Shown piece after piece: positions 38,333 to 48,474 of a stretch of DNA of 64,000 nt. Position 1 is the stretch's first letter. The number at the start of each line of letters is the position of its first letter. Both the position numbers and the translations under genes were made by a program. Source of the DNA: Kofleriaceae bacterium. Lineage in GTDB: Bacteria > Myxococcota_A > Polyangia > Haliangiales > Haliangiaceae. The notes beneath the pieces are model-generated. The model was not told the origin of the DNA and made no database searches. It was given only the letters and a program-made list of their open reading frames with translations. The DNA is taken from positions 1 through 64,000 of the forward strand of contig CBDCCZ010000061.1 in the NCBI GenBank assembly GCA_965215005.1, written 5' to 3'.

Positions 38333-38456
38333 CACTCGCGGCAGTGCTCGCCGCGGCACCGCGGCGACACCGTCTGGCCGGCACCGTCACCGGCGGCTCC
38401 GCCCCAGAGTGGCTACACCCCTCCGTGCCGCCAGCTTTGCGCATGGCCACGCGTCG

Positions 38457-39575
38457 CTACTGCGAATCCGGTAGGGCACTGCTTCGCCGCAGCTCTTCGT
38501 CGGTGACGTTGTCGCCAAAGACTCGGCGCGACAGCTCCTGACGGCTCACCGGCACCGACACGTGCGCTTGGACGATTTCCCAGCCATCGTCGCGCAGCTC
38601 GAGCACGTAGCTGCCGCGCAAACCGAAGGTGACCAACGTACCTTCGACGGTCGCGTTCACGGTGAGGAGCGCGATCATCCAGGCGACTCGAGAGGATCGC
38701 GCCACTTCGATGCGCTGGGCCTCTACGCTCACCTGCGCTGCTCCTCCAGATTCGGTGAACAGCTGCGCCAAGCTCGGCGACGCTGCCGCTGCCGCTCCGT
38801 GCAGCTCCTCAGCGGGATCGGGCCACAACAGCAGCGTATCGCTCTCGCTGGCGATCTTACGCGCTCGATAGCGCGGGCTGCCGTTGTGCACTCGACCGAC
38901 GATATGTCGCACGAGCTCTGGAACGCCGGTCGCTTCGACTCGGCTGCTCATGGTTTTGCTCGCGACCATCGGATCGTGGCGGAGCGCCATCTGCAGAATA
39001 TCCGCGGTGTCGAGCGCGTACGAGACGTGCTCTTGCGCCAGCACCCAGCGGTCGATGTCGCGCACGTAGACGCCGGTGACGCGCAGCGGGATGGATGCTT
39101 GTCGCCCCGCAAACGGCAGCCGGTAGCTCACTTCATCAAACATCCAGCCCACCGAGCCGTCGCTTGAAAGATGCAGCTCGAGGTTCTTGGAGACCAAGCG
39201 ACCATCGCTGTGACGCAGCGGACGGCGGTCGAACTTGGCGTACGCCGCCGCGCCTTCGCCAGCGCTAGCCCGCGCTTCGGCGATGAGCTCCTCGCCGAGG
39301 CCAAACACGACGTCATCGGGGCCGGGGCCGATAAGCAGCAGCTCGCGCTCGCGGGCCGAGCTATCGACGTAGGCATCGAAGTTGTTCAAGCTGAGCTGGT
39401 TGTAGTTCTCGAGCACGGTGGCTTCTAAGTCGTGCAATAAGTCGGCGCGGCTCTCGAGGCGATCGGGCGCGCCGGTGCGCGGCGCTGTGACCGCCGCACG
39501 CTTAGCGTTGGCTCCGCACCCAGCGGCGAGGAGCGTAGCGATAGCAAGCGCAATCCCCCAATCGCGACGTCTCAT
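38457..39575 (-). CDS. lipoprotein with two SnoaL/NTF2-like domains
   Basis: AAGC lipobox; two repeats ending in R.TGVY...W....HVS and R.SYV....W.IVQAHVS. Confidence 0.7.
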   Translation of the reverse strand: MRRRDWGIALAIATLLAAGCGANAKRAAVTAPRTGAPDRLESRADLLHDLEATVLENYNQLSLNNFDAYVDSSARERELLLIGPGPDDVVFGLGEELIAEARASAGEGAAAYAKFDRRPLRHSDGRLVSKNLELHLSSDGSVGWMFDEVSYRLPFAGRQASIPLRVTGVYVRDIDRWVLAQEHVSYALDTADILQMALRHDPMVASKTMSSRVEATGVPELVRHIVGRVHNGSPRYRARKIASESDTLLLWPDPAEELHGAAAAASPSLAQLFTESGGAAQVSVEAQRIEVARSSRVAWMIALLTVNATVEGTLVTFGLRGSYVLELRDDGWEIVQAHVSVPVSRQELSRRVFGDNVTDEELRRSSALPDSQ

Positions 39576-40156
39576 GGCTGCGGTAGATCCACCGGCTCGT
39601 CGACATCGGCGATGACGCCGCGATCCTCAACGGCGATTCGCACCACGTGGCGGCGCTCGCGGTGCAGCACCGAGCGAGCACCATCGGGCGCGCCGGCGCA
39701 AGCGGCGAAGGCGGTCCAGAAGCGGCGGCCAATGACGGGTGGGTGACCACCGCGGTCGCCGTGTTGCGGCACCACGATGCGTTCATAACCGCCGCGCGCA
39801 GCGAGCTCGGCAACCGTCGCTGCTTGGACAAGCGGATGATCCACCGGCCACAGCAGAGCCGTTTCCTGCGCTCCGTGGCTGCGCAACGCGTGCTCGAAGC
39901 CGAGCGCCACCGACGATGCCATGCCCCGCTCCGGGTCTGGATTTCGCACCACCGCAGCGCCGAGGGAGCTCGCGATGGCCTGCGTTGCCTCTTGGTGCGG
40001 CGGTCCTACTACCACGAGCAGAGCGTTCGCCTTGGCCACGCGCGCGGTCGCTGCGATGGTGGCCAAGAACGTGCGGCCATCGGCCGCGAGCAGCGCGGCT
40101 TTGTTGACGATGCCGAGCCTCCGACCGGCACCCGCCGCCAACACGATCGCGATCAT
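39572..40156 (-). CDS. MocA/MobA-like nucleotidyltransferase
   Basis: IVLAAGAGRRLG..KALL, NPD..RGMASS, PVDHP, GHP and DVD.P.D; adjacent to xdhC. Confidence 0.88.
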   Translation of the reverse strand: MIAIVLAAGAGRRLGIVNKAALLAADGRTFLATIAATARVAKANALLVVVGPPHQEATQAIASSLGAAVVRNPDPERGMASSVALGFEHALRSHGAQETALLWPVDHPLVQAATVAELAARGGYERIVVPQHGDRGGHPPVIGRRFWTAFAACAGAPDGARSVLHRERRHVVRIAVEDRGVIADVDEPVDLPQP

Positions 40157-41094
40157 GAGCTAGCGCGCCGCCGCTCGGCGATCAGCTCAGCGACCACGGC
40201 GATGGCTATTTCTTCAGGGGTTTCGGCACCGATGTCGAGACCAATGGGCGCATGCAGCCGCGCCCAGCGCGTGTCGCTATAGAGCCCTTTGGCGGCGAGG
40301 CGCTTGCGGAAACGGCCGATCTTGCCGACGCTGCCGATCAACCCGAGATAGCTGAGCGTCTCGTGCCCCAGCAGCTGCTCGAGAATGCGCTGATCGAGAG
40401 CGTGATCACGGGTGACGATGACGGCGAAGTCGCCGGCACCGATGGTGCCCAATGCGCGTTCAACATCCGCGATTTCAAATGACTCAATCACCTTCGCCGC
40501 CCATGGAGGCGGGCTCGTGACCGCGCCGAGCTCGTCGTCATCGCACACCACCACCTCGAACCCCACGCGAGCGGCGAGCGGGCCAATGGCCCCAGCGACG
40601 TGGCCCGCACCAAAGAGGAGCACGCGCTCTCTTGGCCACACCGGTTCGAAGAACTGCCCGCCGTCGCGACGGGGACGTCTTGCGGCGTGCACCGCGAGCG
40701 GCTCGAGCAGCTTGGCGGTGCCGTCGAGCGGGGTGACTAGCAGCGCCGGCCGCCGCTCTTGCCAGTGCCGCAGCGCCTCGCGCAGCGCCTCGAGGCTCGG
40801 GGCAACCGGCTCGAGATACACCTCCATGGTGCCTCCGCAACACATCGCCAAGTCTCGCACCAAGTGATGGCGCAAGAGCCGCGGCGGCGCTCCAGCAGCC
40901 ACCTCGGCGGCGGCGCGCGTGACCTCGAGCTCGATGCGGCCACCGCCGATGGTACCAACGGTGCCCTCGGCGACATCTACGAGCATCTTGGCGCCAACGT
41001 GCCGCGGCACCGAGCCCCACGCGCCGACCACTGTGGCCAGCGCCACCGGCTCGCCGGCGGTGCTGCGGGCGACAGCGTCTACAAGGAGCTCCAT
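40153..41094 (-). CDS. xdhC: XdhC/CoxI molybdenum-hydroxylase accessory protein
   Basis: GSVPRHVGAKM, GTIGGGRIE, LAMCCGG, FGAGHV, YLGLIGS and PIGLDIGAETPEEIA. Confidence 0.9.
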   Translation of the reverse strand: MELLVDAVARSTAGEPVALATVVGAWGSVPRHVGAKMLVDVAEGTVGTIGGGRIELEVTRAAAEVAAGAPPRLLRHHLVRDLAMCCGGTMEVYLEPVAPSLEALREALRHWQERRPALLVTPLDGTAKLLEPLAVHAARRPRRDGGQFFEPVWPRERVLLFGAGHVAGAIGPLAARVGFEVVVCDDDELGAVTSPPPWAAKVIESFEIADVERALGTIGAGDFAVIVTRDHALDQRILEQLLGHETLSYLGLIGSVGKIGRFRKRLAAKGLYSDTRWARLHAPIGLDIGAETPEEIAIAVVAELIAERRRASS

Positions 41095-41191
41095 GGCAGG
41101 CAATCGTAGCACCGCCGTCTGCTGGCGCCCGCGCTCGTCCCGGTCGCGTCTGGACTCGCGCTCGCCTTCCACGTCCGCTACCATGCGGGCC

Positions 41192-42370
41192 ATGGGGGGC
41201 ACGCTGCGGCTAGTTACCACCAACAACGTCGAGGTTTTTCGCCATCTCGGCAGCGCGTCGTTCCAGCGCCTTCGCATCGAGCACACCGTCGCCAGCTCAT
41301 ATGAGGAGGCGTTGCAGGCGATCCGCGTAGTTCGTCCGAGCTTGGCCGTCATCGACACCGAGCTCGCCGGCGGCAGCGGCTATGAGCTTTGTCGCGTTGT
41401 CAAGGACGATCCCGAGCTGCGCGTTACCCACGTGATCCTCCTCTTGCCTTCGGTGATCACGCGACGCGAGCTCGAGCGCATTCACACCAGTGGCTGCGAC
41501 GATATCTTGGCGCTGCCGCTGCACAGCGAAGATTTCTACCACCACCTGGCGCTCCTCGGCGGCTTGCCGGTGCGTCGCAACCGCCGGGTCGGCATCGACC
41601 TCGACGTCACGCTGCCCAACGTCGATCACCTGGCAGCTCAGGTCGTCAACGTCTCGTCCGGCGGAGGGCTGGGCATTGCGCTTCCGGAGCCGCTCACCCA
41701 AGGCCAAGAGGTGGTCGTTCGCCTTTGTCACGATGAGCAGACCTATCCCGACGCAACCGCCACGGTCGCGTGGGTAAGTGATGATTTCGACCGTCCGGGG
41801 GAGTATCAAGCCGGCCTCGAGCTTGCCGCCGACGCGCCGATCAAGGTGCGCATCCTGCTCGAGCAGCTGGCGCTGTTTGACGTCTCACAAGCGCCCTTCG
41901 ATAGCGCCATGGCCGGTGGCGTGACGGTGGCGCTGCAGGGCGACTTCACCGAGATCACCGATTTCACGCCGCTGGCGCAGCGCCTCGAGCACGAGCGCTT
42001 CATCGACTTCGATGCCTCCGGCGTTCGCTACGTGAGCTCGGCGGGAGTCCGCGCCTGGTGTCAATTTCTCGAGACGCTTTCGAATAAGCACTATACGTTT
42101 CGCCACTGCTCGCTGGCGTTTACGTCGCAAGCGGCAATGGTGCCGATGGTGATCGGCTGCGGTCAGGTACTGTCGCTCGAAGCACCCTACGCATGTGACT
42201 CCTGCGAGCGCGAGGAGCTGCGACTGCTCGAGGTCAAGTCGCTGCTCATGGATGGCAACGGCATCACGCGGCCGCCGCCGTTCACGTGCTCGCGCGAGCG
42301 TTGCGAGCTCGTCTTCGACGACGTGCCGGAGCGTTACTTCGCGTTCCTGCGTCCCGTCGACCCCGCTTGA
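41192..42370 (+). CDS. multidomain signalling protein: atypical REC + PilZ + STAS-like/Cys-rich domain
   Basis: P.LAVID..L...SGYELCR (REC); RRNRR and NVSSGG (PilZ); YVSSAGVRAW (STAS-like); PYACDSC...CSRERC. Confidence 0.7.
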   Translation: MGGTLRLVTTNNVEVFRHLGSASFQRLRIEHTVASSYEEALQAIRVVRPSLAVIDTELAGGSGYELCRVVKDDPELRVTHVILLLPSVITRRELERIHTSGCDDILALPLHSEDFYHHLALLGGLPVRRNRRVGIDLDVTLPNVDHLAAQVVNVSSGGGLGIALPEPLTQGQEVVVRLCHDEQTYPDATATVAWVSDDFDRPGEYQAGLELAADAPIKVRILLEQLALFDVSQAPFDSAMAGGVTVALQGDFTEITDFTPLAQRLEHERFIDFDASGVRYVSSAGVRAWCQFLETLSNKHYTFRHCSLAFTSQAAMVPMVIGCGQVLSLEAPYACDSCEREELRLLEVKSLLMDGNGITRPPPFTCSRERCELVFDDVPERYFAFLRPVDPA

Positions 42371-42607
42371 GCTGTGGGTCCCGTCGAGCCCGCTCGAGCT
42401 GTGGGTCCCGTCGAGCCCGCTCGAGCTGTGGGTCCGTCGAGCCCGCTCGAGCTGTGGGTCCGTCGAGCCCGCTCGAGCTGTGGGTCCGTCGAGCCCGCTC
42501 GAGCTGTGGGTCCGTCGAGCCCGCTCGAGCTGTGGGTCCGTCGAGCCCGCTCGAGCTGTGGGTCCGTCGAGCCCGCTCGAGCTCCTGCGTCCCGTCGAGC
42601 CCGCTCG
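42346..42607. repeat. tandem array of about 10 copies of a 26/27-bp unit with internal palindrome
   Basis: Unit GTC(C)CGTCGAGCCCGCTCGAGCTGTGG, no spacers; contains TCGAG-cccg-CTCGA; lies between convergent genes. Confidence 0.95.
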
Positions 42608-42655
42608 CGTTGGCGCGCCGGCCGCGGCTCAGCCTGCGTCTTCAGACGCGAGCGG

Positions 42656-43456
42656 CTAGGCCCGCCGGGCCGCGCGGGGCTCACCGCTGAGCGCGAGCAC
42701 CCGCTCGACCACCTCACGAAACCCCGCTCCCTCGGGAGACTCGGTGAGGTAGCTCGGCTTGTGGGACAGCTCATCCCACCACTTCTTCACGTTCGCGACC
42801 CCAATGCTCCGCGGGAATCCTTCGAACATGGGACCATCATTGAGGGCGTCGCCGACGAACACGTACGGGGAGAGATCCTCCCGCTTGCCCGATAACACGC
42901 GCTCGACGATCCGCAGACATGCGCTGAGCTTGTTGAAGCTCGGCGGGCCGAAGTTGACGTGTACCGATGACCGGACCGCCAGAAAACCGGCCTTGGTCAA
43001 GCTGTCAACGACGTGCTCGGCGGCCTCCTTGGAGAGCGAGACTTCCTCGTTCCAGTCGACCGCGAGATCGACCTCACGATACTTGCTGTCCGACGAGAGC
43101 CGTGCCCCCGGAACCTCGGAGATGGCATCGATCGCTGCGGCATGCATCCGCCGTCGCCACTCCGGCAATGTTGCCGCGGGAACGCCGTAGACCTTCTCTA
43201 GCCGACCCTCAGTGCGCACAAACGAGATGCCGCCGTTCTCCGCGACCACCGCGGCGACTGGCATCAGGCTCATCAACGCTTGGCCCCACCCCGCCGGACG
43301 CCCGGTGACGAGAATGACGGCAACGCCGGCGTCACTGAGACGCTCTATCGAACCGTAGGTGCTGGCTTCGATGCGACCCTCGGTAGTGAGCGTTCCATCG
43401 ACATCACTGAAGAGCGCGCGGACTGGCCCCTGCAACTCGCTCAAAGGCAACGACAT
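42656..43456 (-). CDS. HAD-superfamily subfamily IIB hydrolase
   Basis: FSDVDGTLT, VTGR, AENG, K and FVGDALND motifs. Confidence 0.9.
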   Translation of the reverse strand: MSLPLSELQGPVRALFSDVDGTLTTEGRIEASTYGSIERLSDAGVAVILVTGRPAGWGQALMSLMPVAAVVAENGGISFVRTEGRLEKVYGVPAATLPEWRRRMHAAAIDAISEVPGARLSSDSKYREVDLAVDWNEEVSLSKEAAEHVVDSLTKAGFLAVRSSVHVNFGPPSFNKLSACLRIVERVLSGKREDLSPYVFVGDALNDGPMFEGFPRSIGVANVKKWWDELSHKPSYLTESPEGAGFREVVERVLALSGEPRAARRA

Positions 43457-43721
43457 AGCGTTCGCCCTATATCACACGCTACCGGTCCTTCCCATAGAAA
43501 GCTCAGCCCACAATCGCGCGACGGCCTGGAGGTGCCGAAGATCGAACGTGTGCGGCGACCGGAAATCTCCGCGCGACGCACCCGACTCGCGCACACCGTC
43601 GCAGGATCCCGGGCGCCCGGCCCCTCGCGCGACGAGGGCGCGAGCGGATTGCCGCTCGAGCACCCTCTGGAGATCTCTTTCCTCGCGTATCGCGGCTCTG
43701 ACGAGCTCCGGCGATACCCAT

Positions 43722-43949
43722 TTAGGCGATGAGCTTGAGCGCTGCCACTTCGTGGGCGCGGCCGGTGATCGCCTGCGCGCGTTGTCCCGCCAACCACTGG
43801 TCGAGATCGGCGGTGACCAGGCGAACGATGCCGCCGACCTTGAAGACCGGCAACGGATCGTGCGCCCGTCGCGCCATATAACGGCACCAGCGCTCCGAGC
43901 GACCCAGTGCATAAGAGATCCCCTTCCAAGTTTCTACGTACGTGTTCAT
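43722..43949 (-). CDS. small excisionase/MerR-like (HTH_17-type) DNA-binding protein
   Basis: 75 aa: WKGISYALGRSERWCR...LPVFKVGGIVRL...DLDQW; purine-rich RBS (AGGGGGG) upstream of the ATG. Confidence 0.6.
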   Translation of the reverse strand: MNTYVETWKGISYALGRSERWCRYMARRAHDPLPVFKVGGIVRLVTADLDQWLAGQRAQAITGRAHEVAALKLIA

Positions 43950-44203
43950 CCGCGTTACCCCCCTGCGATGGTCGACTGCGTTGCCCACGGGGCAATCGAG
44001 TGCAGGGCCTTTCAGTTCCTGCCCTTGTGCAGTGGTCGTGCCACTAGGGGGCATCGCCGCAGGCGCAGGCAACCCCGCGAAAAAGCGTGATCGTCCCCTG
44101 CCGAGGTGGAACACGTTTGCCTCCAAATGCCTGACACACCGGTACAAGGCGCTGTTCCGGTGCCTGGCGCGCCTTACACTTTGCCGCTAAGCTGATCGCG
44201 TAT

Positions 44204-46094
44204 ATGGGCCTGAAAACGCTGTGGGTCGTCGCCTCGTTCGCGGTTTGCGACCCTGCTGCAAGCGGCCGCCGCAAGCGCGTCGCCGCCGCAGACGTTTCCG
44301 CTCTCGCAGGTCAAGCGCGGCCAGAAGGGCTACGGCATGACCACGATGCATGGCCTCGAGCCCGAGCGCTTCGAGTTCGAGGTCATCGGCATCAATCGCA
44401 ACTTTCTGCCCAAGATGGACATCATCCTCGTCAGGTCCGAGGACCCCAAGCTCGCGGTCACCGGCTTTTGGCAAGGCATGTCGGGCAGCCCGCTGTACAT
44501 CGAAGGCAAGCTAGCGTGCGCGTTCTCCTATGGCTTCCGCTTCAACAAGGTCGCCATCGGCGGCTGCACGCCGATCGAGTACATGAAGAAGGAAGGCTTC
44601 GACACGCCGCGGCGAATCGAAGCGCAGGGCGCCACCGCGGTACCCCGATTGCCAGCGGGCAAGCGGGCTGTCGGCGCTGCGCCAGCCGCTACCATGGCCG
44701 ACTGGCTCGCGGTCGCGCCAGGTGGCGATGTCGACGCCGCGCTCGAGCGCCTCGGCAAGCCGCGCGAGCCCTGGCTGCTGCGCGCCCCACTCCCCAAGCT
44801 GCCGCGCAAAGCCACAGGCGATGACCACGGCATGGTCGCTGCCGCGGTGCCGCTGGCGATGAGCGGATTCACTTCGCCCGCCTTCGCGGAGGCCAAGTCG
44901 CTGATGGCCGACTATCCCATCGAGCCCATGCGCGCCGGCGGCACCGGCGATCCCAAAGCCGGCCCTGGCGAGTTCACCATGGGCGGCTCCATTGGCGTGC
45001 AGCTCATTCGCGGCGACATGTCCGCGACCGCCACCGGCACGGTGTCTTACGTAGACGGGCATCGGGTGCTGGCATTCGGCCATCCGATGTTTCAAGCCGG
45101 TGAGATCTACGCGCCCGTTGCGGTCTCCGAGGTTCACACCGTGATTCCGTCGGCGATGAACGCGTTCGTCATTGCCTCGCCAATGCGCGAGATCGGCGCG
45201 CTGGTGCAAGACCGGCAGTCGACCATCATGGCCGACACCAGCCTCAAGACGAGCATGATTCCCATCGATATCACCGTCACCACCGACCGCGGCCGCGGTG
45301 AAGTGGAGCGCGGCGACTTCCACGTCGAGGTGCTGAACAACCGTTTCATGACCGCAGGACTCGCCGGCGTCGCCGCGATGAACGCGGCGTCCTACTACCT
45401 GCCCGACCGCGATCACGCCACGGCGTACATGGAGTCGACGGTGCACGTGCGCGGTCACGAGCCACTGCACTTCGTCGACTACCTGTACTCGGAGGGAGGC
45501 GCCGAGCGCATGATTGGCGCCTCGCGCGGCCTACGGGTGCTCGTGCCGCTGCTCATGAACCCGTTCGCCCCCGTGCAGATCGAGCGCATCGAGCTCGACA
45601 TGAAGATCACCTATGCCACCAACTACGGCACCATCGAATCGCTGCGATTGCCCACCGCGACGCTGCAGCCGGGCAAGCGCAGCTATGTCGATGTGGTGCT
45701 GCGTAGCTTCGACAATCGCGAGCTGACGCGCCGGGTGCCGTTCAACGTGCCCGCTCGCCTCGCTGGCTCGATCATTCGCCTCGAGGTTAGTGCCGGCGAT
45801 TCGGCCACTCTCGATGCCGCGCCACCGGAGAACCTCGAGGATCTCCTGGCAGCGTTTCGCAAACTGCTACCCGGCAACGTCTTCGCGGTGACGCTCTACA
45901 GCGCAGAGGAAGGGGTCGCGCTCGAAGGGACGCTGGTGCGCGATCTGCCGCCAAGCGCCCTCGATCGCATCAAGACGGTGTCCTCGAGTGAACGCGGCCA
46001 GGTGTATCGGCCGATCGCTCGCTCGACGGCGCCAGCCAACTTGGTCATCAACGGCGATGAGAGTCTGCTCGTGAAAGTCGCGGAACGGCGCTAG
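44204..46094 (+). CDS. SpoIVB/S55-family serine peptidase; apparent +1 frameshift near 44244-44246
   Basis: LSQVKRGQKGYGMT, GMSGSP.YI.GKL and GTVSYVDG..VLAFGHP; a signal peptide is restored only by joining frame 44204 to frame 44337. Confidence 0.75.
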
Positions 46095-46244
46095 CCGCGG
46101 TACCCTCGCTTGCACTGGCGTGCGACGTGGCACCAGACAGGAAGCGACCTCGCTCGCTTCGCAGGGGACGAGCCGAATCGCAGCTCTGGCCCCTCATAGG
46201 TCGTACTAGCTGTTCAACGCTCTGCTGCGAAAGGCTGAATTGTC

Positions 46245-48398
46245 GTGAAGCGCACCTCTTCCCGCGTGCTCGCAGCGGCGGCGCTGGCCGCCGGTACGTG
46301 CTTGCCGGCGCCGGCCGGCGCTGTCGTTACCGATACCTGGTCGGTGGCCTCGTACGAGGACTTCGACGAGGGCGAAGCCAACAACTCGTTCATCACCTCG
46401 CTCGGAGAGGTTCGCGCCGGTTGGGAGACCAAGCGACTCGAGATCGCCGCCGGCAGCGTTTGGTCCGCGGTGCGCGGCACCGACGGCACGGTGTATCTCG
46501 GAACCGATGACGAGGGCACGATTCTGCAAGTGCGGGATGACGCCGTCACCAAGCTCGCCAAGATTCCCGACGTGCTCGCGGTGGTGTCGCTAGCGGCCGG
46601 CTCGGGCGGCACGCTCTACGCCGGCACCATGCCCGGCGGCCAGGTCTGGAAAGTGAGCCCCGGCGGCAAGGCCGAAAAACTGGCCACACTCGAAGACGCC
46701 GAAACCGTCTGGGCGCTGACCACCAGTGCCGATGGCCGCTCGGTGTACGCCGGCACCGGCCCCAAAGGAGAGCTTTTCGAGGTCGACGCGACGTCCGGGA
46801 AGGCCCGCGTTGCGCTCGCCACCGACGACAAACGCATCGTATCGCTTACCCGCACCAGCGACGGCGCCATCTGGCTCGGCACCTCGGAACGGGCCTTGGT
46901 ATTCCGCTACGACCCCACGCGCAAGCGCGCTCGCGCCATGGGCGATTTTGCTGGCAACGAAATCACTGCAATTGCGCCTCTTGCAAGCGGCGTGGTGGTG
47001 ACGGCCAACGATCTCGAAGAGCCGACGACCACCGACATCAAGACCAAAGCTGCCGTCGAGAAAGCCGAGAAGGAGCCCGACGAGGGGCAGAAGCCCGATA
47101 TGCCCAAGACCGGCACCGCGCCCGGTGCCGAGAAAGCGACTCCAGAAGGCGCTAAGATCGCCCGCAAAGGCGGCCGCAAAGGCAAAGGCGCGCTGTATCG
47201 CATCGGCGGTGACGGCCGTCTCGACCAGCTCCACGCGCTCACGGCCACCTACTTCACCTCGCTTGCGGTCACCGACGATGGCGACATCTACGCCGGAGCC
47301 GGTGACAAAGGGCGAGTGTACTTGGTTAGTAGCGACGACAGCGTCGCCACCGCCTTCGACGTCGACGAGCGGCTCATCGCCGCGCTGCTATGGGACCCAA
47401 AGCGCGGCCTCTCATTCGCTAGCGCCGATTCATCGGCGTTTTATCGCACCGTAGGTGCCGCCAAGCGAGCGATCTATGAGTCGAAGGTGTTCGATAGTAA
47501 GGCGCCAGCGCGCTACGGCAAGATCGTCTGGTTTGGCGAAGGAGATATCGCGGTGCAGACCCGTACCGGCAACACCGCCACCCCCGGCAAAGGCTGGAGC
47601 GAGTGGGCGCGACCGACCGGCGTAGTGCGCGGAGGCGGCTCGAGCCAATACGGCCGCATTGCCAATCCCAGCGGCCGCTACGTCCAGTTTCGCGCCAAGC
47701 TCGGTGGCAAAGGCAGCGGCGAGGCACGGCTGCGGAAAGCGGCGGTCTACTACTTGCCGCAAAACCGAGCCACCGACATCACCGATATCGCCGTGCGCGT
47801 CGGCAGCAAGAAGGACCTCGTCACCATGGAGAGCGGTCCGGTCGAGCCGCGTAGTCCCGTGACCGAGCTCAAGTGGAAGGTCGAGAACCCGGACGACGAT
47901 GAAACGGTCTATCGGCTCGAGGTTCGGCGCGAGGGCGAGGTGCTGTGGCGCGAGGTTCCCACCGGCAAGAAGAACTTCACCGCCACCAGCTTTGAGTGGA
48001 ACACCGAAACCTTCGCCGACGGCTACTATCGATTACGCGTCACCGCCAGCGACCGGCGCGCCAACAGCGCCGACCGCGCCCGCCAGACCCATCGCGTCAC
48101 TCACCTGTTTCTCGTCGATAACAGCAAGCCGCGCATCGACGGCATCAGCATCGACTATCCGGTCGCAACCGCGCGCGCATCGGACTCGATGAGCGCGATT
48201 TCCGAAATGGCCTTTTCCGTGGACGACGGGCCATGGCAATTGGGCACCACCCAGGACGGTTTGTTCGACGATCCGGCGGAGCTGTTGCGTATCGCACTGC
48301 CAGCGGACTTGCAGCCGGGGCTCCATACGCTGTCGATCCGAGTCGCCGACGAGGCTGGAAATCTGGCCTCGGCGACCGCGTCGTTCCGCACCCGCTAA
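46245..48398 (+). CDS. secreted beta-propeller + fibronectin/Ig-like domain protein
   Basis: Signal peptide; repeated G.(L/V)YAGT...G.V propeller blades; RTGNT..P...WSEW, RYVQFR and DGYYRLRVTASD. Confidence 0.7.
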   Translation: MKRTSSRVLAAAALAAGTCLPAPAGAVVTDTWSVASYEDFDEGEANNSFITSLGEVRAGWETKRLEIAAGSVWSAVRGTDGTVYLGTDDEGTILQVRDDAVTKLAKIPDVLAVVSLAAGSGGTLYAGTMPGGQVWKVSPGGKAEKLATLEDAETVWALTTSADGRSVYAGTGPKGELFEVDATSGKARVALATDDKRIVSLTRTSDGAIWLGTSERALVFRYDPTRKRARAMGDFAGNEITAIAPLASGVVVTANDLEEPTTTDIKTKAAVEKAEKEPDEGQKPDMPKTGTAPGAEKATPEGAKIARKGGRKGKGALYRIGGDGRLDQLHALTATYFTSLAVTDDGDIYAGAGDKGRVYLVSSDDSVATAFDVDERLIAALLWDPKRGLSFASADSSAFYRTVGAAKRAIYESKVFDSKAPARYGKIVWFGEGDIAVQTRTGNTATPGKGWSEWARPTGVVRGGGSSQYGRIANPSGRYVQFRAKLGGKGSGEARLRKAAVYYLPQNRATDITDIAVRVGSKKDLVTMESGPVEPRSPVTELKWKVENPDDDETVYRLEVRREGEVLWREVPTGKKNFTATSFEWNTETFADGYYRLRVTASDRRANSADRARQTHRVTHLFLVDNSKPRIDGISIDYPVATARASDSMSAISEMAFSVDDGPWQLGTTQDGLFDDPAELLRIALPADLQPGLHTLSIRVADEAGNLASATASFRTR

Positions 48399-48474
48399 CG
48401 AGGGATCAGCGCCGGCGGAGATGCCGACTCCTCGAGGCACCTCTGCGCCGTCGCGCGGGGGGCATGGCTGCAAA

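Noticed and set aside
42346..42607. CRISPR array
   Set aside because: The units are head-to-tail with no unique spacers, and there are no cas genes in the window.
43457..44203. Prophage or ICE boundary suggested by the excisionase-like gene
   Set aside because: No integrase, terminal repeats, tRNA target or compositional shift is present.
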